From contig JBBQTB010000001.1 of assembly GCA_038213375.1 (NCBI GenBank), positions 36,785 through 100,784 of the forward strand: DNA of 64,000 nucleotides, given 5' to 3'. This DNA comes from Bacteroidales bacterium. GTDB taxonomy: Bacteria; Bacteroidota; Bacteroidia; Bacteroidales; JAAUTT01. The notes beneath the pieces were generated by a model, which saw only the letters and a program-made list of their open reading frames with translations, ran no database searches and was not told the DNA's origin. The translations under genes and the position numbers were made by a program. Positions 9,974-20,218 of the stretch are shown in pieces; within the stretch, counting starts at the first letter, position 1; the number at the start of each line of letters is the position of its first letter.

Positions 9974-10621
9974 CTATAATGAAACGCCTATAGTGGCCTG
10001 ATACCAAACATTTTTGTAACGAGGATTTGAAGATGTCCCATCTCCATTATTATTCGATATATCCCAACCGGCTCTTAAATTAAGTACAAAATGGCTTAGG
10101 TTAAACTGCACACCACCCAGGAAACATAAAATGTTTTTGCGAATGTTACTGTTATCAAAATCACTCTCTTGTTGTCCGCTCAGAATGGAATTCGAAAATA
10201 CATTCTTTTGCTTCATTAAATAAGAATATTGCGGGCCGGCCTGTAAGGTAAAAAATTCACTTGGTTTCAAGGAGAATAAAATAGGTATGTCTAAATAATT
10301 GGTCGTATGGGTAAATTCATAATTACTACCAAAAACGGAACCTTTTGCCATGAAGCCTTTTTGGGAAAATAATAATTCAGGTTGAATTCCAAAATATTTG
10401 CCGATAGGTATAGATAAAAATGCTCCTGCGGCCAAACCAATCTTACTACCTGCCTTATATTCCTGACCTTTTGTGTCATACACGTTCGATAAATTTACTC
10501 CTGCTTTCAACCCAAACTGAAGCTTCTCGCGATTGTCCAAAATATTATCTTGCGCGTTACTTTTATTTGCAATTAAGGCAACTACTGCAATCATTAAAAT
10601 TATTTTTTTCATGATTATCAT
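9974..10621 (-). CDS. Outer-membrane beta-barrel (PorT-like porin family) protein
   Basis: Signal peptide, FGLKAGVNLSN, IQPELLFSQKG, YLDIP and AGPQYSYL. Confidence 0.85.
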   Translation of the reverse strand: MIIMKKIILMIAVVALIANKSNAQDNILDNREKLQFGLKAGVNLSNVYDTKGQEYKAGSKIGLAAGAFLSIPIGKYFGIQPELLFSQKGFMAKGSVFGSNYEFTHTTNYLDIPILFSLKPSEFFTLQAGPQYSYLMKQKNVFSNSILSGQQESDFDNSNIRKNILCFLGGVQFNLSHFVLNLRAGWDISNNNGDGTSSNPRYKNVWYQATIGVSL

Positions 10622-10713
10622 ATTAAGTTATTTAGGTATTAATTTTAGAATTTTTCACATCTTCTTAAAGTGTCATTTAACAAATTGGTTGTTAAACGGC
10701 TTTTGAAAACAGG

Positions 10714-10902
10714 TTATTTAAGCCCTGCAATCATCTTATCAAATTCATCCTTAGATGTTCCCAGCTTTGTTTGAATTTTTCCAAGCATCTCATCTTCTTT
10801 ACCTTCTTCATACATAAGGTCATTATCAGTTAAAACTGCAAATCTCTGTTTGAGTTTACCTTTTAACTCATTCCAGTTACCTTTTACTATTGATGTGTTC
10901 AT
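10714..10902 (-). CDS. CsbD-family general stress protein
   Basis: KGNWNELKGKLKQRFAVLTDNDL...GKIQTKLG. Confidence 0.92.
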   Translation of the reverse strand: MNTSIVKGNWNELKGKLKQRFAVLTDNDLMYEEGKEDEMLGKIQTKLGTSKDEFDKMIAGLK

Positions 10903-10943
10903 TTTTAGAAATTTTAAATGGTGAATAAAAGTTATTAATTTAT

Positions 10944-11417
10944 TTATACTTTGCCTTTAATTTTGATAATGCTATTTTTATTTTTGGATGAAAAAGCTTT
11001 TAAATCGAAACCCAGTTCATCCATATTTTGTTTAAACTCTTTTTTGAATGATTCCCATTTTAGCATGTCATTATCCATTTTATAATTTGCCATTTTCTTT
11101 TTAAGATCTTTGTTTCTGTTTACTAACACACTTATCTCTTTATTGAATGCAGCATCCTCCTTTTCATTTACTTTCACATATTTTGTTTTCAACTCTGCCA
11201 TTTTTTTTTCATTTTTGATAATTTTTTTTTCAAAGTCAATTTTAAATTGATGGTATTCCGATAAATATTCATCTGGATTTTCCATGGGTTGTTTTGCATC
11301 AGCTAACTCTTTGTGCAAATTTTCTTTGGATTTAAGAATATCTTTTTGCTGTCCGTAGGAGGTGGTAACTCCCATCAAAATTGCAATTATAGTTGTTGTT
11401 ATAATGTTTTTTTTCAT
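10944..11417 (-). CDS. Secreted coiled-coil hypothetical protein
   Basis: Signal peptide and a KWESFKKEF-type helical repeat. Confidence 0.7.
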   Translation of the reverse strand: MKKNIITTTIIAILMGVTTSYGQQKDILKSKENLHKELADAKQPMENPDEYLSEYHQFKIDFEKKIIKNEKKMAELKTKYVKVNEKEDAAFNKEISVLVNRNKDLKKKMANYKMDNDMLKWESFKKEFKQNMDELGFDLKAFSSKNKNSIIKIKGKV

Positions 11418-11453
11418 AGTGATAAGTATTAAATGTTAATATTAAAAGCACCT

Positions 11454-11519
11454 CAAAGTTGCAAATCATTATGTCGATAACTATTACATGAATTTCGAAT
11501 TATTTTACATCATTTCCAC
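11454..11519 (-). promoter_or_regulatory. Stress-regulon promoter for the hypothetical-CsbD-porin unit
   Basis: Minus strand reads GTGGAAATG-ATGTAA-N15-ATGTAA-N22-CAACTTTG. Confidence 0.78.
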
Positions 11520-11543
11520 GTTGTATTTACAATGATAAGGGGA

Positions 11544-12824
11544 TTATCGTTCATCCTTCGGCTTAATAATCAACCGGAAGGATTGATCGTAGGTAATATA
11601 ACTCCATATCCAGTTAATAAAAATAAGCACTCTGTTTTTAACTCCCACTATTGAAATCAGATGCACAAACATCCATACAATCCATGCAAACAGACCTTGA
11701 AATTTAATAAAGGGTAATTCAACAACTGCCAAATTTCTTCCAATGGTGGCCATTGTGCCCAAATCGCGATAGTGAAACTTTTCTAATGGTTTATTTTTAA
11801 CTAGTCTTACTAGGTTTTTTGATAATAAAACGGCTTGCTGAATAGCTACCTGTGCAAGTTGCGGATGACCGTCAGGATAACCATCTTCTGTCATCAACGC
11901 CGTATCCCCTAATGCATAGATGTTTGGATAACCCGTTACCAAGTTGTAACGGTCAACTAAAAGTCGCGCACTTTTTGAATAACATTCAGGGTTTAACCCT
12001 TCAATAATATTACCTTTAATGCCGGCAGTCCATATTACAATATTTGTTTGGATTTTATCAGCTGTATTGTAAAATACAGTTTTATCCTTGTAATCTTTTA
12101 CTATGGAGGAGGTTAATACAATTATCCCAAGCTTATCAAGAAATTCGGTTGCTTTTTCTGATGTTTTGTTTGACATGGATCCCAAAAGCCTTTTGTTTCC
12201 CTCAATAAGGTATATATTTATTTTTGAACAATCTAATTCGGGAAAGTCCTTTGGTAAGATGTAATTACGCATTTCAGCAAGAGCCCCTGAGATTTCGACT
12301 CCTGAAGGCCCTCCACCCACAACAACAATATTCATATACTGATCTCTTTCTTCCTGGTCGGACACTGATAAAGCATCTTCGAAATTCTGTAAAATGGAAT
12401 TTCTAATGTCTAATGCCTCCGTAACTGATTTCATGGATTTTGCACTTTGTTCTAAGTAGTCTAAACCAAAATATGATGTTTTAGCTCCTTGTGCTAGAAT
12501 GAGAATGTCGTAATGCAAAGTCCCAACAGAGCTCACTAATTCATTGTTTTGTGGATCAATTTTAATAACCTTCGCTTTACGTATATAAAAGTCAATATAC
12601 TTTTGGAAAATTTTGCGCAGTGGAAACGATATGGCACTTGGTTCTATACCAGCAGAAGCCACCTGATAAAATAAGGGTTGAAATTGGTGAAAATTATTTT
12701 TATCAATAATAACCACCTGAAAATTTGAATGCCGAAGTTTTTTGGCAAGCATTAAACCGGCAAAACCACAACCTACAATAACAATACGTTTTTTATTATT
12801 TGCTGGAATAGTAATCATAATCAA
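11544..12824 (-). CDS. ndh: Type II NADH dehydrogenase
   Basis: GCGFAG FAD motif, FQPLFYQVA, GGGPSGVE, AQVAIQQ and GTMATIGRN. Confidence 0.9.
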   Translation of the reverse strand: MIMITIPANNKKRIVIVGCGFAGLMLAKKLRHSNFQVVIIDKNNFHQFQPLFYQVASAGIEPSAISFPLRKIFQKYIDFYIRKAKVIKIDPQNNELVSSVGTLHYDILILAQGAKTSYFGLDYLEQSAKSMKSVTEALDIRNSILQNFEDALSVSDQEERDQYMNIVVVGGGPSGVEISGALAEMRNYILPKDFPELDCSKINIYLIEGNKRLLGSMSNKTSEKATEFLDKLGIIVLTSSIVKDYKDKTVFYNTADKIQTNIVIWTAGIKGNIIEGLNPECYSKSARLLVDRYNLVTGYPNIYALGDTALMTEDGYPDGHPQLAQVAIQQAVLLSKNLVRLVKNKPLEKFHYRDLGTMATIGRNLAVVELPFIKFQGLFAWIVWMFVHLISIVGVKNRVLIFINWIWSYITYDQSFRLIIKPKDER

Positions 12825-13237
12825 TTATTTACTTGGTTCCCCATTTTAGTTTGTAAATAATTTGATATAGAATTATTATAAGTTACATGGTAAGCAGTAT
12901 TACCGTATTTATCTTCAGCAAATACGTCAGCCCTACTTTCAGCCAGGTATTTAACAATGGAAAAATGTCCATTCATGGAAGCAAACATGATGGCAGTTTT
13001 ATGGTCCTTATCTTTAATATTCAAATCAGCGCCATATTCAGTAAGATATGCAACAATGCCTATATGACCATACTTTGAAGCTTCCATTAGAGCAGTTTTA
13101 CCATCATCATTTTCAATGTTTATATCCGCACCTTTTATAAGAGCTTTTTTTACATAAATAAGCAAATTATATTTGGAGGCTATAAATAATATTTCACTAG
13201 GTTTCATAGCATTAACAATATGTTCCAAAACAGGCAT
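12821..13237 (-). CDS. Ankyrin-repeat protein
   Basis: Repeated GKTALMEASKYGH...GADLN units; 4-bp overlap with ndh. Confidence 0.88.
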   Translation of the reverse strand: MPVLEHIVNAMKPSEILFIASKYNLLIYVKKALIKGADINIENDDGKTALMEASKYGHIGIVAYLTEYGADLNIKDKDHKTAIMFASMNGHFSIVKYLAESRADVFAEDKYGNTAYHVTYNNSISNYLQTKMGNQVNN

Positions 13238-13386
13238 CCTTTTAAAAATGAATATGTTAATTTTATATTCCGGACTTTATTGTATTAACGAAGGCATTAA
13301 CGGTTTTGGGGCTAGAACTGTTTAAATTGACGTTTGTTTATTGTTTTGTTTGCCAGATATTCTTAAAAGATTTCGCAATGGAGCTT

Positions 13387-13587
13387 TTAAAGGTATGAGT
13401 AGGTTGCTATCCCACATTCTCTGGGTGGATAGGATGTAATAAACAGAATTTCTGTATTTTCATCCAAATGACCTTGAAAATTATTTTGTTTGTTTTTTAA
13501 ATTTCTTCCAGAACTTATTTGGGCTTCAAAAAGTGGTTCTTCTGATAGTGTTCCATATGAAAAATTAGAAACGGTTTTATTTTTCAT
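13387..13587 (-). pseudogene. Truncated GT4-type glycosyltransferase (N-terminus only)
   Basis: Stops just after EILFITSYPPRECGIATYS, the opening motif of much longer GT4-like enzymes. Confidence 0.75.
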
Positions 13588-14674
13588 TTTTTTTAGTGTT
13601 TCGCTTTGTTTTTATAACTGGCATGGTGTCTCCTAAAAGAAAACCCCAAGGTTTCAAAGGTTCGATACTATCGAATATAAGTTTTACAATTGCTAGCAGC
13701 GGTAAGGAAAGAAACATACCTGGTATACCCCATAATGCATTGCCCACCAGTACAACTATGATAGCGAAAAGTGCATTTATTTTTACTTTTGAGGCAACTA
13801 TATTCGGTACAATGTAATGATTGTCTATTAATTGAATGAAATAATAAACGGCAAGTACATACAGTGCATACCATGAAGTCGATTTTGTTGTAATAGCCAC
13901 AATCATAGGTAACAATACGGCAACCACCCCTCCAATGTATGGAATAACGTTTACAATTGCACCAATTACGCCCAAAAGGATAGCATACTCAATACCAAGT
14001 ATTAAGAGACCGATAGAGTTTAAGGTTGCAACCAATAAAGCTTCAATGAGTAGCCCAACAAGATACTTTTGAATGAGTGTCTTGATCTGGGTAATTATTT
14101 GATTCACTTGTCCATGATTGCTTCTATCAAAGAGTTTTCGGGTAAACTCGAAAAAAAGGGGCTGGTAATAAAGTAGAATAAAGACGTAAACTGGTATTAA
14201 AAAGGACACCATTAGCAGGCTGCCAACCGTAACAAGAGTTTTGCCTATAGCAGCTCCACTGGAATTGAGAAGTTCACCTTTGCCTTTTGTAATCCAATCC
14301 TGTATTTTTTGTGGATTAACATCGAATTTACCCGAGAACCAGGATATAAATTCATTAACCATTTCAGAAAATTTATCAACCAGAGTTGGCCATGATTCAC
14401 CAAAGCGACTTGCTTGATTAATTAGGAGAGTAAAAATAGCCGCAATAACTAAAAATGCCAACACTAAAGTGAGGGTAATTGCAATTACCCTATTTATTCC
14501 CAGTCTTACAAAAAGCATTTGAGCGGGATGCAATACCATGGCAATCATAATGGCAAACACAATCGGTATAAGAATTCCCTGACCAATATATAAAATTGCA
14601 AACAAGGCAATTATCCCTATTAAAAAAATAGTAACCTTTGCATAAAATGGTAACTTAAATATATCTGTGTTCAC
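13577..14674 (-). CDS. AI-2E family transporter
   Basis: Multi-TM protein with IPYIG, QLIDNHYIVP and WGIPGMFLSLP motifs. Confidence 0.9.
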   Translation of the reverse strand: MNTDIFKLPFYAKVTIFLIGIIALFAILYIGQGILIPIVFAIMIAMVLHPAQMLFVRLGINRVIAITLTLVLAFLVIAAIFTLLINQASRFGESWPTLVDKFSEMVNEFISWFSGKFDVNPQKIQDWITKGKGELLNSSGAAIGKTLVTVGSLLMVSFLIPVYVFILLYYQPLFFEFTRKLFDRSNHGQVNQIITQIKTLIQKYLVGLLIEALLVATLNSIGLLILGIEYAILLGVIGAIVNVIPYIGGVVAVLLPMIVAITTKSTSWYALYVLAVYYFIQLIDNHYIVPNIVASKVKINALFAIIVVLVGNALWGIPGMFLSLPLLAIVKLIFDSIEPLKPWGFLLGDTMPVIKTKRNTKKNEK

Positions 14675-14734
14675 AATAATATTTTATTAAGTATCAATTT
14701 GGATAAATCTTTTATTAAAACTCCATTTTTCAGT

Positions 14735-15127
14735 TTAATTCACTGATGCTTTCTTTTTGCGTAAAACATTTTGAAAAACAAATTGTCCAATTGATTTTAT
14801 TGTTTCTGGATGTTGGGCAACTATTCGTGTTATTCCAAATTGCAAAAGAGAACCAAAAATATTTCTAAATATATTGCCTGATCCTCCAACCACTATTTTT
14901 TTAGAAAGATACCCTGTTCCCATTCCCATGGTAGTACCCAGTAGATTATTCATTAAATTGGGTGTTGAAGCAACATTATGAAAAGTGCTCTTTATCAGGT
15001 TTATCGGTTTAATACTCTCAACAGCAAGCAAAAATTGTTCTTTTAATAGTTGCTCTTCATGCGCTTGCTCAACTTCTAAAAGTTGAATGGCATTTTTAAG
15101 ATCAGAAGTGGAGGATATTTTATACAT
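14735..15127 (-). CDS. Hypothetical protein of the YtxH-associated cluster
   Basis: 130-aa ORF co-oriented with and tightly packed against its neighbours. Confidence 0.7.
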   Translation of the reverse strand: MYKISSTSDLKNAIQLLEVEQAHEEQLLKEQFLLAVESIKPINLIKSTFHNVASTPNLMNNLLGTTMGMGTGYLSKKIVVGGSGNIFRNIFGSLLQFGITRIVAQHPETIKSIGQFVFQNVLRKKKASVN

Positions 15128-15132
15128 AAAAT

Positions 15133-15474
15133 TTAATTAAGTAGCTTTTTAATAATATAATTACCAGAAATCGTTTTAATCCGTTTCTGCATAAACAACA
15201 AAAATATAATTACTATGAGCAAATAAAAACCTGCTACTACAAAAAATCCAAAATATATTTTACCAAGAATTTCACCGACCCATAAAGCAAGTCCTATGTT
15301 TACAAAAATAGTTACTGTTGAAATTAGAAAAATGGTTATAGAATTAGGGATGAATGAGGAAACTACGTCCGATGTTTTGTCTAGTGCTTTAAGTTTTATT
15401 AGTTCCAGACTCGTTTTGCCATATTGAGTAGCATTCTCTAATATGTTTTCAATTAAATTTGATTTATTTTCCAT
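15133..15474 (-). CDS. Holin-like (YqjE-type) two-TM membrane protein
   Basis: Y.KT.LEL.KL N-terminus followed by two TM helices; adjacent to YtxH. Confidence 0.7.
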   Translation of the reverse strand: MENKSNLIENILENATQYGKTSLELIKLKALDKTSDVVSSFIPNSITIFLISTVTIFVNIGLALWVGEILGKIYFGFFVVAGFYLLIVIIFLLFMQKRIKTISGNYIIKKLLN

Positions 15475-15587
15475 AAATTCTATTTTCTAAAAGATTACTT
15501 CATTTATTTTTTCAAAGTCTACATTTTATTTTTTATGAAGTGTAAGGTATTTACCCGATATATAGTAATGTAGTTTTAAATTATACC

Positions 15588-15622
15588 AGGTCTGTTCCGA
15601 AATTTTTATTCGGAACAGACCT
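15588..15622 (-). terminator. Perfect 14-bp stem-loop after the YtxH gene
   Basis: AGGTCTGTTCCGAA-N7-TTCGGAACAGACCT. Confidence 0.65.
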
Positions 15623-15629
15623 AAATTGT

Positions 15630-15926
15630 TTAAACACTTTGTGAAGCATAAGATCTGGCATTTTTTACATCTTTTTTTACTTCTTCAGATTTAGCTTCAG
15701 CTTTTTCCGCAAACTCAGATACATCTTCCTTTGCTGAATCGTATTTTTCAGAGATATTGTCTACAAACTCGTTGAATTTTTCCTTTAAGGCATCAACGTA
15801 GTCATCTCCCTTTTTTAATACTTTTTTACGGGTGTCCGAACCTTTTTCCGGAGCAAATAAAATACCTATTAATGCACCTGCGGCCAAGCCAGCAAAAATG
15901 CCTACTAATACATTACCTGTTTTCAT
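15630..15926 (-). CDS. YtxH domain general stress protein
   Basis: GLAAGALIGILFAPEKGSDTRKK. Confidence 0.92.
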   Translation of the reverse strand: MKTGNVLVGIFAGLAAGALIGILFAPEKGSDTRKKVLKKGDDYVDALKEKFNEFVDNISEKYDSAKEDVSEFAEKAEAKSEEVKKDVKNARSYASQSV

Positions 15927-15961
15927 GTTTTGATTTTTTTAAATGATTAAATACTAAATTA

Positions 15962-16117
15962 TTACGCAATTCTATTGCCCTGTATAATTCTAATAAGAAT
16001 TGAAATTACTGCAATTACAAGCAGTATGTGAATAATTGAACCTGCACTATATGCAAAAAACCCGATAGCCCAAAAGATGACTAAAATGACTGCAATTACA
16101 TAAAGAAGATTTCCCAT
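15962..16117 (-). CDS. lmo0937-family (DUF5670) small membrane protein (51 aa)
   Basis: Manual translation MGNLLYVIAVILVIFWAIGFFAYSAGSIIHILLVIAVISILIRIIQGNRIA. Confidence 0.9.
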   Translation of the reverse strand: MGNLLYVIAVILVIFWAIGFFAYSAGSIIHILLVIAVISILIRIIQGNRIA

Positions 16118-16189
16118 GGTATTAATTTTAAAATTATTAATAAATTGATTTACTAGTGTTTATATCTACTGTGGGGGGTAGTATATTGT

Positions 16190-16765
16190 TTACATTTTTT
16201 CGCATTTCTTTTGACACGTAATTGCACGATCAAGATGTTTCCGCAAGATCGGTAGTGTTTCCGCTGCCCAGGTTCTAATATCTATATCATTCGCGTCCTT
16301 GGATGCTTTTTCAAATGTTGCAATCGCATCTTTATGTCCGCTTACCATCATATCACAGTATTCCTTATCAAATTTTTTTCCTGTTTTCTTACTCAAATCC
16401 TTATAAACATTCTTTACCTTATCGGTAGGTGATGTTGGAATGGTTATTAGTTTCTTCTTTGCCAAAGCAATTAAGTTTTTCATTGATTCACTGTGAGATT
16501 TTTCTATCATTATGCCCATTTCTTTAACATCAGTCATCTGACTGTTTTGCTGAGCTAATTGTCCTAAAAGAGATTCTTTCCAATTAATCTCTGCAGCATC
16601 CACAAGAAATTGGGCATCTTGTTTTTGATTATCTGTATTATCAAATTTGGCATCGTTGTGTTCCTCAGCTACAGCTTTAGTGTCAGCCGGTTTTTGGGAA
16701 CTATTACATGACCATATGCTAAAAATGGCTGCAATTAAAATAACACTTAAAGTTTTATTTTTCAT
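16190..16765 (-). CDS. DUF4142 domain lipoprotein
   Basis: Lipobox WSC, FDKEYCDMMVSGH and TLPILRKHL. Confidence 0.88.
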   Translation of the reverse strand: MKNKTLSVILIAAIFSIWSCNSSQKPADTKAVAEEHNDAKFDNTDNQKQDAQFLVDAAEINWKESLLGQLAQQNSQMTDVKEMGIMIEKSHSESMKNLIALAKKKLITIPTSPTDKVKNVYKDLSKKTGKKFDKEYCDMMVSGHKDAIATFEKASKDANDIDIRTWAAETLPILRKHLDRAITCQKKCEKM

Positions 16766-16794
16766 TTTTCTGTTTTTTTGATTGATTAATGGTA

Positions 16795-16861
16795 CAAATT
16801 TATGCTTGCTTTTATCTCAAAGCATTACATCATATACATAAAAATGTTACATGATTCCCAT
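16795..16861 (-). promoter_or_regulatory. Stress-regulon promoter for the DUF4142-lmo0937-YtxH operon
   Basis: Minus strand reads ATGGGAATC-ATGTAA-N16-ATGTAA-N22-TAAATTTG. Confidence 0.78.
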
Positions 16862-16900
16862 ATATGAAATTTCGGATATTTTACAACATTTTCCATGAAG

Positions 16901-16937
16901 GTGGAAATGATGTAAAATATAGTGCAACATGGTGTAA
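16901..16937 (+). promoter_or_regulatory. Orphan copy of the regulon boxes lacking the -7 element
   Basis: GTGGAAATG-ATGTAA-N16-GTGTAA, but no TAnnTTTG 22 nt downstream. Confidence 0.6.
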
Positions 16938-17068
16938 TAATTTTATAGATTAAACCACGGATAAATAAGAACTGGTTATTTGAAATCAATTATGATGGTT
17001 ATAGGACAATAGGTTTTCTGAAAAAAACTAAAAAAAAATGTAAATTTGCTCAAGTAGTTTTTTCCTAA

Positions 17069-17569
17069 ATGATCAGTTTAAAGATATATATCCTTTCGTT
17101 ATTGCTTTTGTTTTCGGCCAGAAGTTACCATCCGGTGCATGTTTCAGTGCTGAATATGGAATACGTACCGGAAAAATCGATGGTCGATTTATCATTTAAA
17201 GTTTTTACGGCAGATTTGGAATTTGCAATTGCCCATAATTATAATGTGGCATTAAATTTGGGCCAACCCACTGAGAGTTCTGAGGCTGAAATGCAAATTA
17301 ACAAATATTTTTCTGCAACTTTCAGGTTGATGATTAACAACAATTATCAACCAAAAATTGTTTCTATCAGTAAAGAAACATCTGAAGATGCAACATGGGT
17401 TCACGTATCATTTCCGGTTACAGAACAAATTCACCATTTTACTATTCACAACGCTATATTTATGGATTTATATCAGGATCAAACAAACCTGCTCATTATG
17501 ACATTAAACAAAAAAGAGACCGGATACCGGCTTGATTTCTATAACCGTGAAATAACTTTGACCAATTAA
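17069..17569 (+). CDS. DUF6702-like secreted protein
   Basis: Signal peptide followed by HPVHVS, KVFTADLE and DQTNL. Confidence 0.7.
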   Translation: MISLKIYILSLLLLFSARSYHPVHVSVLNMEYVPEKSMVDLSFKVFTADLEFAIAHNYNVALNLGQPTESSEAEMQINKYFSATFRLMINNNYQPKIVSISKETSEDATWVHVSFPVTEQIHHFTIHNAIFMDLYQDQTNLLIMTLNKKETGYRLDFYNREITLTN

Positions 17570-17593
17570 ACCCAGATACAGATTATTTATGCT

Positions 17594-20218
17594 ATGAGAA
17601 AAATAATATTTATTTTATTAACTCTAATCTTTACTGTTTTCACAGTTAAGGCTACTCATAATAGAGCCGGAGAAATCACCTACCGGCAATTGTCCGCTTA
17701 TACCTTCGAATTTACTGTAACAACATTAACTTATACTCTTAGCGCTGCCGACCGCAACGAATTGGAAATAACATGGGGCGACAACTCCAGCTCTATAGCG
17801 CCCCGAGTAGCTATAAATAACAACCTTCCGGATTACTATCGAAAAAACACTTATAAGACAAATCACACTTTTCCAGGGCCTGGTATTTACGAAATTGTGA
17901 TGCAGGACCCGAACCGGAATTTTGGTGTTCTTAACATTCCTAACTCTGTAAATGTACTTTTCGCCATTAAAACGACCATGATTGTAAATCCACAATTAGG
18001 AACCAACAATACCCCTGTATTACTAAACGATCCGCGCGATAAGGCTGCCCTAGGTCAGGTATTCATTCATAACCCGGCGGCATTTGATCCCGATGGAGAT
18101 AGTATTTCATATAAATTAGCTACTTGTTTACGTGATGGGGGGAAACCAATTGAGAATTACAGTTTACCAAGAAAGGTCGTGAAAGGCGATACACTTTTTG
18201 TAAACCCTGTAACTGGCGACTTGGTATGGAACGCTCCCAGGGATACCGGAATTTTTAATATTGCCATGAATATTGAAGAATGGCGAAAAGGCGTAAAAAT
18301 CAGCAATATTGTTCGCGATATGCAAATTGAGGTTCATAACTCTGATAACAAACCTCCTTTAAACCCACCTTTAAAACCTTGGTGTGTTGAAGCCGGAACC
18401 ACTATTAAATTTAATATTAAAAGTACTGATCCAAACAACGACAATGTTAATCAATTTGCCAGTGGTGGTCCATTTGAAGTTAGCAGTCCGGCTACTTTCA
18501 AGCTCGACTCGGCAAATTCAGGAAAAGGATACAGCACATCCCTATTTACCTGGAAAACCAATTGCAACCATGTACGAAAACAACCTTACATTGTTGTTAT
18601 AAAAGCTGAAGACATTAATCCCCAACTCAGACTTACTGATACTGATAATTTCACCATTATGGTGCTATCTCCGGCTCCAAAAAATCTGAAGGCTTCCGGA
18701 AGCAACAATTCTATCATATTAAGGTGGTCGAAAAATAGTTGTACCAATGCTTCAGGATATGCTATTTACAGGGCATCATCACCAACATCGCTGGTAATTG
18801 ATAGTTGTGTAGGAGGTATCCCTGCCAATTCGGAATACAAAAAAATTGGAATCATTAAAAGTATTAATGATACTAGCTATGTTGATAACAATCAAGGGAC
18901 GGGATTAAATTTGGGTGTAAACTACTGTTATCGAATAGTGGCCACATTTGTCGATGGAGCTTTAAGTTACCCTTCCGATGAAACATGCGCTACGCTCATT
19001 CCCGGAACGCCGGCTTTAACATCGGCCAGTGTAATCAAAGTAGATGCAGCAAATGGAGAAGTATTTGTATCGTGGATAAAACCCATAAAACTAGATACTA
19101 TACCTGCTCTGGGGCCTTATGAATACCGGATTTATCGCACCGATAATTTCTCAGGAAACAATTATGCCTTAATATTAACCCGTGAATCAATTGATTTAAT
19201 GGATACTACTTTTACCGATGCAGGACTAAACACTATAAAATATCCGTATAGTTATAAAATTGAGTTGTATAACAATACACCGGGCAACCGATTTATGATC
19301 GGAAGGGCAGAAACTGCATCTACCATGTATCCAAACCTATTGCCTTCCGATAATCAGGTTACCATACAATTTGCAAAATCAGTTCCATGGGTGGATAAGA
19401 GATATATTATTTATAGAAAAAATCTACTAACTGAGAAATTCGACTCAATTGGCTACACGGAAACCGAGGAGTTTGTCAACAAAGGGCTTGCCAACGGTCA
19501 ATCGGTTAGTTATCAGGTTAAGGCTTACGGAACTAGACTTCTAAATGGGCAAACATTTAAAACACTAAACTGGTCCCACATAAACAGCACCATACCACTC
19601 GATACTATTAAACCGTGTCAGCCTCCATTCACCATTTCTTCAAGTTGCGATACCAATATTAACATTATCACCTGGAGAAACCCAAATTTGCTATGTGCAA
19701 ATGATATTGTAAAATACAATGTTTATTATAAACCGGGGCTCAACGACAAGTTTATTCTTATTGCGACTATTGATAATGCTAAAGATACGGTATTTAATCA
19801 TAATCCTGGAGAAACACTAGCCGGATGTTATTCAGTTACCGCCATTGACAGTTTTAATAATGAAAGTAGAATAATAAATGAACGGTGTGCAGATATTTGC
19901 ACAGGGTATGCCCTACCAAATGTTTTTACTCCAAATGACGATCAAGTAAATGACAAATACATTTCTTATAACCCAAATCATTATGTTAAACAGGTTGATA
20001 TGAAAATATTTAATCGGTGGGGGAAACTGGTGTTTAGAACGTCCGATCCTGATATAAACTGGGATGGTAGGGATAAAGAAACAAAACAATACGTGTCAAC
20101 CGGGGTATATTATTACCTGTGCGATGTATACGAACCTAAGCTCGCGGGAATAGAGGTTCGAAATATGACAGGTTTTATTCATGTATATAGCGAACAAGGC
20201 AAACCTATAGCTAAATGA
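17594..20218 (+). CDS. T9SS type-B CTD (gliding motility-associated C-terminal domain) protein with FN3-like domains
   Basis: ATHNRAGEITY N-terminus; C-terminal LPNVFTPNDD..ND, IFNRWG, WDG and GVYYY. Confidence 0.9.
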   Translation: MRKIIFILLTLIFTVFTVKATHNRAGEITYRQLSAYTFEFTVTTLTYTLSAADRNELEITWGDNSSSIAPRVAINNNLPDYYRKNTYKTNHTFPGPGIYEIVMQDPNRNFGVLNIPNSVNVLFAIKTTMIVNPQLGTNNTPVLLNDPRDKAALGQVFIHNPAAFDPDGDSISYKLATCLRDGGKPIENYSLPRKVVKGDTLFVNPVTGDLVWNAPRDTGIFNIAMNIEEWRKGVKISNIVRDMQIEVHNSDNKPPLNPPLKPWCVEAGTTIKFNIKSTDPNNDNVNQFASGGPFEVSSPATFKLDSANSGKGYSTSLFTWKTNCNHVRKQPYIVVIKAEDINPQLRLTDTDNFTIMVLSPAPKNLKASGSNNSIILRWSKNSCTNASGYAIYRASSPTSLVIDSCVGGIPANSEYKKIGIIKSINDTSYVDNNQGTGLNLGVNYCYRIVATFVDGALSYPSDETCATLIPGTPALTSASVIKVDAANGEVFVSWIKPIKLDTIPALGPYEYRIYRTDNFSGNNYALILTRESIDLMDTTFTDAGLNTIKYPYSYKIELYNNTPGNRFMIGRAETASTMYPNLLPSDNQVTIQFAKSVPWVDKRYIIYRKNLLTEKFDSIGYTETEEFVNKGLANGQSVSYQVKAYGTRLLNGQTFKTLNWSHINSTIPLDTIKPCQPPFTISSSCDTNINIITWRNPNLLCANDIVKYNVYYKPGLNDKFILIATIDNAKDTVFNHNPGETLAGCYSVTAIDSFNNESRIINERCADICTGYALPNVFTPNDDQVNDKYISYNPNHYVKQVDMKIFNRWGKLVFRTSDPDINWDGRDKETKQYVSTGVYYYLCDVYEPKLAGIEVRNMTGFIHVYSEQGKPIAK

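Noticed and set aside
15133-15474. Holin-like protein as evidence for a prophage
   Set aside because: No phage genes are nearby, and this family normally sits beside YtxH-type stress genes.
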